Source: Nemertoderma westbladi (Eukaryota > Animalia > Xenacoelomorpha). Taken from it: a stretch of DNA of 44,484 bases. Location of the stretch: contig JAUCBJ010002228.1 in NCBI GenBank assembly GCA_032718475.1, positions 1-44,484 of the forward strand, read 5' to 3'. The notes below the pieces were generated by a model. That model made no database searches. It was not told the DNA's origin and worked only from the letters and a program-made list of their open reading frames with translations. Positions 11,688-23,722 of the stretch are shown piece after piece (position 1 is the stretch's first letter; each line of letters opens with the position of its first letter). Both the position numbers and the translations under genes were made by a program.

Positions 11688-13103
11688 CTATTCGGTTTTA
11701 AGATTTGCTTGCGGGGCCGGTTTTTGTGCGAAAAACTTGTGCAGCAACGGGAAGGAGACGACCCAGAGGATGAAAGCGATCTGCATGAAGTAGTACATAG
11801 AGGAGAAGATGACGTGCCAGCGGATCTGTGTGAGAACGACGAAGTAGATGAGGGAGTAACCGCATACGGAAACAACCCAAAGACGACCGGCGAGGAAGGA
11901 GAACCAACGCATTGGCGTGGAGTTGAGGAACGTCTGGTTCATGTAGGGGAGGAACAAGGCCTTGGCTTGTCGTTCGGCGCGAACGCTAACCAACTCCATG
12001 ATGAAACAGAAGTAGTAACCGGAGAAGTAGCCGTGCCACGCGGCTATGTAGATAACCGAAACGGTGTGCGAGACTAACTGATTGTTTAAGAACTTGAGTC
12101 GCTTGTAGATGTACCTGCCGACCCACTGGTTGGTGTTCTTGTTGAAGGACGCGATGATGTGGTTGAGAGAGCTCGCGGACTCCCACAACCATACGTCGAT
12201 GTTCTCCAGGGCGTCCCACTTGGGCCGACCGTTCGCGTCGCGCCCGTTGTACGTCAAGCCCGAAAGCACGCAGCCGCCCTCGGCAATCAGCCAACACAAA
12301 AGGTATTTAGACAACAATATCTTATGCCATAAAATTATATAACCAAGTTTCCAGAGGAGAGAGTAACTTCTTAGGAATTCAAAGGAAAGAAGAAATTCCG
12401 TAGGTAATAACGGTGAGAATCCTAAGTAGGCGATCATATAGAGAATACCTAACCCAAAACGTTTCATACTGTGTTTCACTCTCGATGTCTCGAAAGATGG
12501 GTCTGCCGGGTCGCAGAAACGCCCGTCTATAAACTGTAGGTAACGAGTCATTGGGTACTGGGGTCCGACTGTCAGACTACCGAAAAAGTAGCAGTAACCC
12601 AGAGTCTCCAGCAGACTGGGCATCTGGGTCAGACAGGTGGTCCGCTGGTCCGGAGTCAGTAGCTCGGGGTTACGCTGCCCGTCGTAGACGTCGAAACTCC
12701 AACCAATCAGACGCATCGTAAGGATGCATTGCGTGGTCGTCCAGTTGACGTCGTAACCGGAAGTAGCTAGATTAACGTAGGCCCATCCCAGGTATGCCAT
12801 GTTGAATATAAAACTCAAAGCTAGACCCAACCGTGATCCTTTCGAGAATATCATAATGACGTAAGTGATTAAAATAGTTAGTAGAGAATGTATGACGTCA
12901 TTCTGGTAGTTGAACCAGGTTATTCCGATGCCAACGGCCGACATAAATAGGTGCTGCACGAGGGCGGGCCGTTTAAATACACCGACGCGAAACAGCAGCG
13001 CTATCGGGTAGATCGAGAATATCGTGAGCATTAACTTAGCCACAGAAACATCTAAACTTAATATCTCGGCGAACTTTACAACTAAAGCAAATTCTCCCAT
13101 CAT
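11688..13103 (-). CDS. LPCAT3: Lysophospholipid acyltransferase 5 / lysophosphatidylcholine acyltransferase 3 (MBOAT family), intronless
   Basis: 471-aa multi-TM ORF with LPCAT3/nessy-type motifs YDVNWTTTQCILTMRLIG, VGPQYPM, CWLIAEGGCVLSGLTYNG, SFNKNTNQWVGRYIYKRLKFL and the catalytic-His motif AAWHG. Confidence 0.93.
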   Translation of the reverse strand: MMGEFALVVKFAEILSLDVSVAKLMLTIFSIYPIALLFRVGVFKRPALVQHLFMSAVGIGITWFNYQNDVIHSLLTILITYVIMIFSKGSRLGLALSFIFNMAYLGWAYVNLATSGYDVNWTTTQCILTMRLIGWSFDVYDGQRNPELLTPDQRTTCLTQMPSLLETLGYCYFFGSLTVGPQYPMTRYLQFIDGRFCDPADPSFETSRVKHSMKRFGLGILYMIAYLGFSPLLPTEFLLSFEFLRSYSLLWKLGYIILWHKILLSKYLLCWLIAEGGCVLSGLTYNGRDANGRPKWDALENIDVWLWESASSLNHIIASFNKNTNQWVGRYIYKRLKFLNNQLVSHTVSVIYIAAWHGYFSGYYFCFIMELVSVRAERQAKALFLPYMNQTFLNSTPMRWFSFLAGRLWVVSVCGYSLIYFVVLTQIRWHVIFSSMYYFMQIAFILWVVSFPLLHKFFAQKPAPQANLKTE

Positions 13104-14059
13104 TGTTTGTTGTTATATTACTGTATTAATACTACCGGTATACTGATATAAAGATAAAAACACACTAGGCCTACTGCACTAGCTATTATAGCTAACTGCT
13201 AACCCTACTGACTGACCGTTCCGTGAGCGTGACCAACTACCACCAAAATAATAAAAACCATATACAGGTATAGGCCTACAGATATACTGATATAACGTCA
13301 ACTGAAATGGAAATCCAGAAATCAGTCTGTCTGTCAGTTTAGTTTAGTTTAGTTTAATACGCCAAATGCAAATAAAAATGAATACATACAGGACAGCACA
13401 TAAATTCTTATAAAACACAATGAACTGGCAAATCTATAAGGATTCTACGCATATCACATATGCGTATATTTCTTTTATGAAGTACTGCAGGTAAGTTACA
13501 TACATTATAGGTACAAACATATAACATATTACAAACATAAATATACAATAATCAGATAGTGGGGTTCAAAATTATACGACGTAGATTGTAAGTAAAAACC
13601 ACAATGTTGATAATTTTACATATTGCAAGAATAAAAAAAATAAACATTAAAAAATTTAGTTGGCACGTTATGATTAAAATTTTTATATTAAGAACGATAC
13701 AGTAAAAACTTCGATGTCAGGATGTATGCAATAATATTAAAAAAAAAACAAATAAAAAATAATAAAAATAATAAAAAATACCGTGCACTTCATATGAAAA
13801 TATTAAAAACAAAGAACCTGATATTTAATTACGGGTTATATATTACGGGTTCCATAAGCATTAGCTTTCTTATACCCAAACTATTAAACATTAAACATTA
13901 AACATTAAACATTAGGCATAAGTAAAAATTGTAATTACAATGATACAAAAGTAAAATTTAATTTAATATAGGCCTAAGTACCGATGGAATGTAAACTGGG
14001 CAGTGGCAACTTGTCTAACTGGTATATCACTATAAATATTCATTTTGGATTTCATGGCA

Positions 14060-14365
14060 CAATCAAGACGATTTTTAAATAAGTTTACACTACTGCACTA
14101 GGATTACCATGAAAATCTCGAGCATTAACAACATTCTCATCCAACATATTCCATAAGTTTATTACACGAGACGCAAAACTGTTAGTGTGGAACAGATGTT
14201 GACCCGCGGTGTTTCGTTTGTACAATGTCAGTGATGAACCTCTTGTCGAATATGAGTGACTCTGGCTTCTGACTGTCTGAGTTCAAAAAAGTTACTATAG
14301 TCTACGTTATCAAGTTTGTGAACAAACTTGTATGTTGATATCATATCCGCTCTAGCTCGTCTGTA
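14060..14365 (-). mobile_element. Degraded CR1/L2-type LINE ORF2 C-terminal fragment
   Basis: Frameshifted minus translation DMISTYKFVHKLDNVDYSNFFEL...TRGSSLTLYK...FASRVINLWNMLDENVVNA...VNLFKNRLD. Confidence 0.75.
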
Positions 14366-15622
14366 AAGTTGAGCGGTGAGCCGAGCCTAGTTAGTAGGCC
14401 TATAGCTGTATAGCATATATAGCTGCAGAGCTGTATCGTATAGTAGCCGGTAGGCTACCTGCGCTGTGAGAAGGCGTAAACTAATTAGGCCTACTGTGTA
14501 CTGAATAACTGAATTACTAACTGACTGAACTACCGGTATGGGCAGACCGGTACTGTAGTACAGATACATTTAGACAGTTCAAATTTGTTGATGTCTATGC
14601 CTACCGGTACTTATTATTACTGTATTACTGAATTAGGACAGTAGGATATTAGTCCTACTATGTACTACAGTACCGGTATTGTAGTCCAGTCTGCAGTATG
14701 CAGTACTACTATCTACTAACTCTCAGTGTAACTGGCTGACTGGTAGCCTATTCGATTCATTTAATTTGAAATGACGATGTCAGGTCAGCCAGTCAGGCTG
14801 CAGGTTCCCTTGGAAACCGGAAACTGGCTAAATCGGTGCAAACTTTAGTTTACCACGAATGCACGAAAGGCTTGTGAGTGCCACGAAGTAAGGTAGTCCT
14901 TAGCATAAGATAGCCTACCATAAATGTTTAAGTTTTCAAATAATTATATGCAATTTAATCGAATATAAAGAGTAAATTTATATATAACAAAAATTAATTT
15001 AAATTAAATATATTAATTAACAACAATTAATAGGCCTACAACAATTCAATTATGAATACATACTGAAATACTTAGATAAGGCGGGGAATTTAAAGTGTAT
15101 CAGCTGCGCTGTCTCCTAGCAACCATCCCAAACAATAACAAACCCACCCGGTTGTGGTACCGGTATTTCTGCCCTGTATCGATACGTATCTACCAAAGCG
15201 TGGCCAACTGGACGTCTGTAGAGTGATCCTCCCGAAGACACATCAAGCTTTTCTTCGATTTATAATTCAAATATGTTTATTTATATTTAAAAACAAAAAT
15301 AACAAATTAGTCCTAATTAATAATAAATACCGATTCATAGTGCACTCATCCATGCTTTATAAAGGCACCAGCACCACAGAGTATTTAACTAGTTATTGAT
15401 GTTTAATTAATATTTATATACTGTATTTAAATAGCTGGAGGAACAAAGTACTGTAAAAAAATTTACAGAAACCATGGGAACACCCCCAAATACAGTAGAA
15501 CACACTATCCAAAATTTATCTGTGCCTATAGGCACCCGGAATATGGATGAAAGCATCCCTTTTGTCTGCCCGTACCCGTAAAGTATTTTAGGACATTTAA
15601 CTATGTAATATAACTTCCCTAG

Positions 15623-15831
15623 GTGAGGTATACATTGAGCGTTCGTGTGACGAAATGGGTCTCTGTAGTATTTGGGCGAACACCTGCGATCGCACCAACC
15701 CTGCCTACGAGTGCATGTTCTGTTGTTCCGACGATTATTGCAATGGCGCCACTAGCGTTAACTCCATGTTTACACTATTCGCCAATATTGCCATAGCAAT
15801 CACTACAGGATTAATTGTTGTAACCACGTAA
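15623..15831 (+). CDS. Ly6/uPAR GPI-anchored protein, last coding exon (C-half of LU domain plus GPI signal)
   Basis: Acceptor TTCCCTAG|15623, phase 1, compatible with exon 5769-5897. Encodes GEVYIERSCDEMGLCSIWANTCDRTNPAYECMFCCSDDYCNGATSVNSMFTLFANIAIAITTGLIVVTT*, with the hallmark CCxxxxCN followed by small residues and a hydrophobic tail. Confidence 0.85.
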
Positions 15832-16744
15832 ACACTCACCACCAATATAATCATAGGCCATGTTAAATGTCTCTTAAAGGGCTGTTTCTTTTGTATATTT
15901 GTAGTAGATAAGCTTAGTTTTCTTCTTATTGTATCATTGTATTGCGTCAGATCATTACTCATACAGTAGTTATTACTGTATGTACACACACACATAAGGT
16001 GTACATGTACAGATATATTAGTATGATTAATTTGTATGCTTTTATGCGATTTTAACTCCAAAACACCGGCGTTGTTATCTTATTACATGTGGATGAAATT
16101 ACATTAGGTCTACTTTTTTTAATTATGGCTTTCCATATAAATATAATTTTGGGATATTTCTTTTCCGTATGACGGTCTGTCAATCAAATTGCAAGATAGA
16201 CAGAGAACAGAAGACAGACACACTAGATTCCAACATTGATTAAAACTGACATCGGAAATGAAATCAGCGACCCCGAAAACCCCCCAATGAAAGTTTTAGC
16301 TCGGTAGCGTGCATCCTTCGTGCCAGAAAATATTAAACGACCAGAACAGACAGCCAGTAATGACGGGAATGTTTAAACTTTGAGGGCAATCATTTCGAAA
16401 TAACATTTTCTATCACTAAATTTTATAGATAGACAACGCGAGAGCTAGATCAGAAGTTTGATCGTAGGCGCTCTACTGGTTAATGTTTATTGTGTTAGAG
16501 GCTGCGACAGTTTTTTTCTAAGTTCATTGGGTATTGGTAGGGTTACTATGGTAATTTTTTTTACACTCTCGCTCTGCATGTTCAGTGCGCGGCACCAGTC
16601 AAGCTGGCATTTATTTAATTGGTTCATAGATATGAGACATTAATAAAAACGAGACTGAAATAAAAATTAAGAACAATCATTTCTAAAAGTGGACTGTTAT
16701 GTCCCACAATTTAAAATAATTTAAAATACGGTCATGCTTCACTT

Positions 16745-17872
16745 CAGGCCCGTATGGTGATCATAATATCTGGGGGGGGGGGGGGGGGCAGAGGCCAAAT
16801 CTGGGGGGGCAAACCTTTAACTGGGTTTGTGGAGACATACAGCAAAGAGAGAGTTAATTTAGTACATAAAAAGTCAATATTGTTGAAGAGCGTGTGGGGC
16901 AAGCCACGAAGTTGGTGGAGCCTTGGCGAACTGACACTGTTAAGGAGTACTGTATGTCAATAAAATGGCAAATAGTTGTTGACGTAACGATTTCATTAAC
17001 GTAACATTCAAATAACTTTGTCCGATTTAAAGCTGTCGAATTGAAAATTTGTAGGCATAAATATGTCCAAAACTTGACATTATTTAGCGACTTTTGACAC
17101 CAACAGTTCAGCAGTCTCCCGCTAGATGGCTACATGTCTAAGCATTAAATGTCCTCCTATTTCTTTGCTTTTAATCCGTTTTAGCGGAAACTTGGCAGAA
17201 TTGTACTAGACCATTTGCTGTGTCATTTAATCTTTTTCTGAGGTCTTAAATCGACTGCAGATTTCCAGACTGTGACCTAGACTGCCTCTAGGTGTAAAGT
17301 GATCAAGGGACATCTGCTTAGATTTTGCCAATATTTCTTTCGCGTTGGCACTTACATAAGTTTATATCACGTGCTGCGCGAAGGACCCCCTTCAGGTATA
17401 ATATGGTTATGGTTAAGTTACAACAAATTATAGATATGGATACCAGCGCAAGCAACCCTCAGCGCCTAGACTTTTAGCTGCAAGCTGGCTCCCAAATTAC
17501 AGACAAATAGACAATGGGTCAACAACAACCAACCCCTCCGTCCTGGTAGCCAATGAGAGAACCTGGAGCTTTCGGGTATTTTTTAGTAATTACAGGTAGG
17601 TAGGTCAATGTCATGTAGTATTATATAATTGGACCAAAATGGGATGGTAGGGAGTCAGGTCAGTGTGTAGAAGTGTGTATCCCATTATAAGTGTATCAAT
17701 GTGTATCCAATAATATTGATCAGTGGGGTCAACAACAACAATATTATTATTAATTAATTGTGAACAAGACGAGTGAATGATGTCTGGGGGGCAGTGGGAC
17801 TTGTCTGGGGGGGGCAGTGGGACTTGTCTGGGGGGCAGTGCCCCCAAAGCCCCCCCGCACGATACGGGCCTA
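16745..17872 (+). mobile_element. Non-autonomous hAT-type DNA transposon, copy 1
   Basis: TIRs CAGGCCCGTAT...ATACGGGCCTA; 8-bp TSD CTTCACTT at 16737-16744 and 17873-17880; inverted homolog at 31294-32971. Confidence 0.88.
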
Positions 17873-17949
17873 CTTCACTTTAAAAGGTACATTTCTGAGT
17901 TCGTATGTGAGTCTTACAAGTTTGCATTGCACAGATCCTCTGGAAGTGG

Positions 17950-19180
17950 ATCGCCTGCTGCTAAACGACTGATTAGGGATTTATAGTCATAGTCAAAGTT
18001 CAAAAGAGAAGATAACGAGGGTAGCGAACATTTACCAATTTGTGCTCTTAATGAGCTCCGCAATCCGCAGTACTGCCTTAACGGTGCGTTCTGTTGCAGT
18101 GCTGATCGTAACACTGTAAACAGAAGTCCTAGAGAAGCTCTAGCTACCATTACTGATAGTCGCATAGAATCCATTAACTCATACATATATGAGCGAGTTA
18201 TTCGCATATCTCCCCAAGCATAACAGATTTCTCAAAATTTGACGGTGTTGCGCATCTATATTGTCAATTGATGTTGTTGACCGAGAACCCAAATGGAATC
18301 TAAGGCCATACATAATTTTTGGTTCAGCAATGGTTTTCCACAGTTTGGAAACAGTATTTATTTGGTACCATCATGGCGTACTTAAGTGTATTTAAGTATG
18401 AGTATTTAAGTATTTATTTAAGTAGGCCATGGTACCATCTTGTTGTCCAACATTTCTTATACTGTAGAACAGACTTGCTACAAACGCAAGTTCCCGATGG
18501 ATATCAATAATTATTTCCTTATCAGTAGCAAAGAGTTTTACACCAAGAAAGGTGATCTGATTCTTGCTTTGAAGTATATGTCCCAAAATATTGATCGTTT
18601 GAGGGCAATCTGATGATTTTATCCCATTCGGTTTGCAGACCATCCAGTCTGTTTTTGTTTCCTCTATGCCAAGCCCCACCTTGTTCACTTCATCGTTTAA
18701 AATGTTTGTTATAACTTGTAAATCCTTCGGAGATGTGCATAAAACTAAATAATCATCTGCGTAGTTTACTACTCCAAGCCACTGACATCCTATTGAACAT
18801 CCTATTCCATAACCCTCCAATTTAGTTATAATGTTCTGTGTATAGATGTTAAAGAACATAGGCGATAGAAGGGAGCCCTGCTTTACACCATTATTCACTC
18901 TAAAACCTACGGTATCAATTTGACCACCAAATTTGCAGTACAACATGCAAATTTCATAGTAGCTTGCAATGGGCCTCAGAAGAAAGGGGTTTATCATTTT
19001 CCGCAGATTGGAAAATAAACCAAGATGACTTACTCTGTCAAAGGCCGAGGAGAGATCAAGTTTACACAGATATACATGTGAATCCTTCCTTCTATAGTGC
19101 TCAATAATCTCCAACACACTTGCTACGACAGTATCAGTACCGATATGTTTCTTATAAGCAAATTGTGGGCTGAGTGAATG
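17950..19180 (-). mobile_element. Degenerate non-LTR retrotransposon reverse transcriptase (frameshifted, 5'-truncated)
   Basis: QFAYKK (just upstream of the listed ORF), LDLSSAFDRV, GVKQGSLLSPMFFNIY, YADD and ITFLGV in 18392-19117, with a broken continuation downstream. Confidence 0.88.
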
Positions 19181-19468
19181 TGTTGCCCGTTGGGTAGATA
19201 TTATTTCTGATAGGGGGGGGGGGGGGGGGGGGGAGACTTACAACGCAATATTAAATTCACCGAGACAGCCGCCCATATAAGAGGAAGAAAAAGGAATTAC
19301 ATTTAGTAAAATAGTTCCCTGAGCAACGCAAATTATAAACGCATTATAAATAATTTATTAGCACAAATACATTGAATCTACAATCTATAAGACGATAACA
19401 ATAAACATTTATAGAGAGATAGACAGAAGTGATATAAAGTAAATAAATAAAGTAAAGTTACGGTTTAT

Positions 19469-19791
19469 TTACTTATAAAGATCGTTGAAGTATCGACCAA
19501 TAATAATCCTCCGGACCTCGCTAGTCCCCGCACCAATCTCGTAGAGTTTAGCGTCTCTTAGCAACCGACCCACGGGGTAGTCGTTGATGTAGCCGTTGCC
19601 ACCCAGACACTGTATCGACTCCATGGCAACCCGGGTCGCGCTCTCCGCCGTGTACAGGATGACCGCGGCGCAGTTCTTCGCGTCTGCGTGCCCCCGGTCC
19701 ACGCTGCGCGCCACGCTGTACACGTACGCGCGGGACGCTTGTAAAGCAGTGAACATATCCGCCAACTTGCCCTGAATCAGTTGGAATTTTC
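19469..19791 (-). CDS. IVD: Isovaleryl-CoA dehydrogenase, exon 3 (last)
   Basis: Acceptor TCTTTTAG|GA, phase 1; [12 protein letters not shown]...[36 protein letters not shown]. Confidence 0.95.
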
Positions 19792-20188
19792 CTAAAAGAG
19801 AAATTATAATTTGTGTTAAAATCTGACGATCGAGTAAAAATGATGAAATAACTGGAGAAATCCCAATGTTTTTAATTAACATAAATTAAACAAAAAACAA
19901 AAATTAAAATTAAGTTGAAAACGGTTTCGATTAAATTCGTCTGGAAATAAAAATGTTAATATCGGTCTGGTAATGGAGAAGTATGGAGTGCATGAGGGGC
20001 TGTATGATAAAAATATACAAAGGATCTGAATAAACAAGGTTGGAGGAAAATAAATTATATGAAAGTCATATTATTAATAATTTATTATTAAAGCAAAATG
20101 TTACTGATTGCCAAAAAACTGAAAATCATGCAAACAACTTATATTTAAGAACTAACTTTTTACTGGGAAAAAAAACTACTTGCAAAAT

Positions 20189-20451
20189 GTCGCAGTGTCC
20201 GAGTGGATACGGCGCCTGAACTGCTTACACAATAGTGTTTGGTGGAGCAGGTTCGAATCCGACTAAAGGCTGTAGAAATTTCGCACTGTTGTGTCCCTAG
20301 GCAAGACACTTTAGACATTAGTGCCTACGTCAACCCAGCGGTATAATGGGAACCTGGCTTTGCTGGGGTAATGATAATAAAAGCGCTTTGAGTATGCCGA
20401 GCATAATAAAGCGCTATATAAATAACCAATATTATTATTATTATTATTATT
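20189..20451 (+). mobile_element. Full-length tRNA-derived SINE with LINE-like 3' tail, in IVD intron 2
   Basis: GTCGCAGTGTCCGAGTGG (A box), GGTTCGAATCC (B box), core TGTTGTGTCCCTAGGCAAGACACTT, tail AAAGCGCTTTGAG...AAAGCGCTATATAAAT plus (TAT)n. Confidence 0.85.
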
Positions 20452-20628
20452 ACTTTATTTTTTGTTATGTAAAAAAAATGAAGATCCATCAGTTACTTAT
20501 ATTTCTAAAGCTGAAAAGAAAATGTTGGGAGAATTTAATTTCAAACTGTCGAATACGAGATATTCCGAGGACTGTAGTGTAGAGAACCTACGGTATTAAA
20601 ATTAGTTAATTAATTAATATTAATTAAC

Positions 20629-21166
20629 CTATTGGTTGTCCAAACTGTTCCCGACTGTGGACGTAGGGGAGGACGTTATCCAAGGCGGACTGCATGATGC
20701 CCAAGGGACCGGCGGAAAGTACCAACCGTTCCACATCCAACCCGGACATAAGTACCCGCGCGCCGTTCCCAACCCCGCCGAGAACGTTCCCGCCGGGGAC
20801 CCTCACCGAGTCGAAGACCAATTCGCTGGTGTTGGAGCCGCGCATCCCGAGTTTATCGAGTTTGGGGGAGGCGGAGAAGCCGGGGGTTCCTCGCTCGACG
20901 AGGAACGCCGTGATCCTCCCGCTCGGGGGACCGCTCGTCGCGGTCGTCGCGTAGACCACGACGACGTCGGCGTCCGGCCCGTTGGTGATCCACATTTTGG
21001 TTCCGTTCAGGACGTAGTCGCCCCCGTCGGGGTCAGCCCGGGTCCGCATTGACATAACGTCGGAGCCGGAGCCGGATTCCGACATCGCCAACGCGCCGAA
21101 CGCGTCGCCCGAGATGAGGGACGGGAGGAATCGTTGTTTCTGTTCCGACGTGCCGTGTCGGTTGAT
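20629..21166 (-). CDS. IVD: Isovaleryl-CoA dehydrogenase, exon 2
   Basis: Acceptor TTCCCAG|ATC; [30 protein letters not shown]...[12 protein letters not shown]...[11 protein letters not shown]...[10 protein letters not shown] (IVD-type catalytic Glu region); donor G|GTTAAT. Confidence 0.95.
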
Positions 21167-21519
21167 CTGGGAAGAAAAGTTAAATCATGTGCTAGTTGCG
21201 CTTCGATATTGGTTACCGGTACTAATGCAGATACGGTGGGGGGGGGGGGGGGGGGGTTTCAACGTAATCAAAACTCATCCCTCTCCAAGGGAAATTCGAC
21301 GTAAATAACAGCTGATTACTCCCCAAAATAAAACTGAAACCTGTTCTATTGACTTTAGTTTATTGTTTTGGTTAAAATAACATGCCACCTTAACCTGCTT
21401 CTTTCCCTAAATTGAGAATATAAAATTGAGGCGGGATATTAACACTGCTCAATAAATTCGTATTAAATATGAGAAATATCCACAACACCACACTGCCACA
21501 ACAACTAGAAGCAATTAAT

Positions 21520-21633
21520 CACCGGTAACGCCTACAAATAAGCGCGGTCTGATAGAGAGGTCTGAAAGTGGAAAGAGGCCTGATAGGCTGAAAGTCCTGA
21601 AACGTACGTATAGCGCTGGTTCAACCCCCGGTG
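21520..21633 (+). ncRNA. tRNA-like scaffold containing a hammerhead-like motif (IVD intron 1, antisense to IVD)
   Basis: CACCGG...CCGGTG closing stem; AGCGC..CTGATAGA..GAA ACGTACGT A TAGCGCT; B-box-like GGTTCAACCC. The core has an extra A and stem II is enlarged. Confidence 0.4.
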
Positions 21634-21834
21634 ACGCGCTTTCTCATTTTTTCAATTAAAGTTTAAGTTAAAATTAATTACAGTTGCATTAACAGCTCAA
21701 CTCCAATTCATTTATTAATATCAATATATAAGCATAAGCATTCGTGACGTGACCAAAGTTACGTGACATAAACCTATTTCTTTGAGATTGAGTAACTTAA
21801 TTAGTAGGTAACTCTGTAATGATTAAAACCCCAC

Positions 21835-22251
21835 CTGGTTAACGCACAGGTTACTGTGGGCGCCGTAAGACAGACCGATGGCTGCGGAACCTCTGGACAG
21901 TTCCTCAACGGCAATGCAATGCTCGAGGAATCCCAGACCGGCGCCCCCGTATTCCTCGGACGCTGTCACCCCCAGCAACCCCATGTCGCCCAACTTCTTC
22001 CAGAACGCTTTCATCTCCGTCCATCCGTTGTCTTTGTCAATCTGCGCGGCGTAGGGGGCCAACTCCCGCTGCGTAAAGTTAAACACCGACTCTCTCAGCG
22101 CGATCTGTTCGCTAGTCAATCCGTTTATGTCGTCGTCGATAGGGGCGAAGTTGCTATTGGTCCGCGTCGTGGTTGCTAGGCAACTCCTTCGACCAATCGT
22201 GTCGCCTCGATGCTTTCGCAAATGTAGAGCAAATCTATTTAGTGTCAACAT
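21835..22251 (-). CDS. IVD: Isovaleryl-CoA dehydrogenase, exon 1 (with mitochondrial targeting peptide)
   Basis: Arg-rich N-terminus, PIDDDINGLTSEQ, FWKKLGDMGLLGVT, GLSYGAHSNLCVNQ; donor CAG|GTGGGG, phase 0. Confidence 0.95.
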
Positions 22252-22953
22252 TGTTAATTATTAGGCCTACTGCTGTACTGCCTGACTGCTGTAATGTATT
22301 ATATCCGAAGCAGGGCAGACCGGAAACAAAGGAATAAAACAGAAACAAAATCTGAAAATAAGATCAAAGATTTAGGCTGTTACTGCTGTACTGTTAGGTA
22401 CAGTACTGTAGTAAGCCTGCAGACCTGCCGTACGCGTACAGGCGTAAAGGCCTACCAACCAGTAATTAATTACTGAATTCTCGACACTCCTAGTCCTAGT
22501 GCTGTAGTGTGTATAGAGACTATGTATGGTTTATAATGTTCGTTGAGAGGTCGTACAAGTTTAGTTTTAGATTTTTAATGTGGTTCAGAATTAGCCAATC
22601 AGAGCAAGGGTGTGAATTTGGGTCCAGACAACGTTTTACATCAGTTAAATAATGTGTTCGCAATCGTCCTAACCGAATTGTGCTGGACATGTCTGAGTCC
22701 GAAACCAAATCGTCTCCCTTGTTTACCAACGTTACATTAACGTTTTACTATGGTGCTATTCTCTCGTGCTGCACGAAGGCCCCACTCGTGTATCTTCAGT
22801 GTAGGCCTAGTGGGCCTACACTGTATATTCTATTTTCTTTAAGCATATTGTTTACATTCGTGATATCCCTAACCTTATTTACCCGGGACTTTATTTAGAA
22901 TCGACTAGATTATTCTCCAACAAATATTTAATTACAAATTATCTTTGGAAAGT

Positions 22954-23722
22954 TATGGTGGCCCTGAATCGCCACTGCAAGAAAAAAAATAAATCTAAAG
23001 CAAAACAACTTGTCCAGACGAGATGTGGTATACAACAACTCGTCTGGACGAGATGTTGTATGTAAACAAACTCGTCCGGACGAGATGTTGTAGCAAGAAC
23101 TCGTCCGGACAAGTTGTTGAAGCAACATCAACAACTCGTCTGGACAAGATGTTGTAGCAACAACTCGTCCGGACGAGATGTTGTAGCAACAACTCGTCCA
23201 GACGAGATGTTGTAGCAACAACTCGTCCGGACAAGATGTTGTAGCAACAACTCGTCCGGACAAGATGTTGTAGCAACAACTCGTCCGGACGAGTTGTTGC
23301 TACAACAACTCGTCCGGACGAGATGTACAATAGTATGTAAATATATGTTTATACTGTATAATACTGGGTAATTGTTTATACTGGGTAATTTATGAGTGGA
23401 GGCCTATTGTAGGTTGTCATCTTATTACCATCTTATAAAACATCTGGTCCGGACGAGTTGTTGTTACAACATCTCGTCCGGACGAGTTGTTGTTACAACA
23501 TCTCGTCTGGACGAGTTGTTGCTAAAACATCTCGTCCGGACGAGTTGTTCACATACAACATCTCGTCCGGACGAGTTGTTCACATACAACATCTCGTCCG
23601 GACGAGTTATTAACATACAACATCTCGTCCGGACGAGTTTTTGTACACCACATCTCGTCTGGACAAGTTGTTTTACTTTAGATAATTTTTTTTTCTTGCG
23701 GTGGCGGTTCAGGGCCACCATA
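22954..23722. mobile_element. Foldback-type non-autonomous DNA element: long inverted arms made of 29-bp palindromic subrepeats
   Basis: Ends TATGGTGGCCCTGAATCGCCAC / GTGGCGGTTCAGGGCCACCATA. Arms consist of ACAACTCGTCCGGACGAGATGTTGTAGCA units in opposite orientation, with a short AT-rich centre. Confidence 0.85.

Noticed and set aside
19213-19233. Poly-G/C tracts (also ~16772, 21237, 34888, 42508) as G-quadruplex elements
   Set aside because: Simple homopolymers, some inside transposons, with unreliable lengths and no supporting context.
20189-20270. Functional tRNA genes here and at ~4035-4107, 5100-5173 and 6960-7025
   Set aside because: Acceptor and anticodon stems are broken and each continues into SINE body sequence.
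20636-22179. Plus-strand ORFs overlapping IVD (likewise those over LPCAT3, COX18, the orphan gene and CCDC22)
   Set aside because: Antisense or alternative-frame shadows of GC-rich coding exons with no recognisable motifs.
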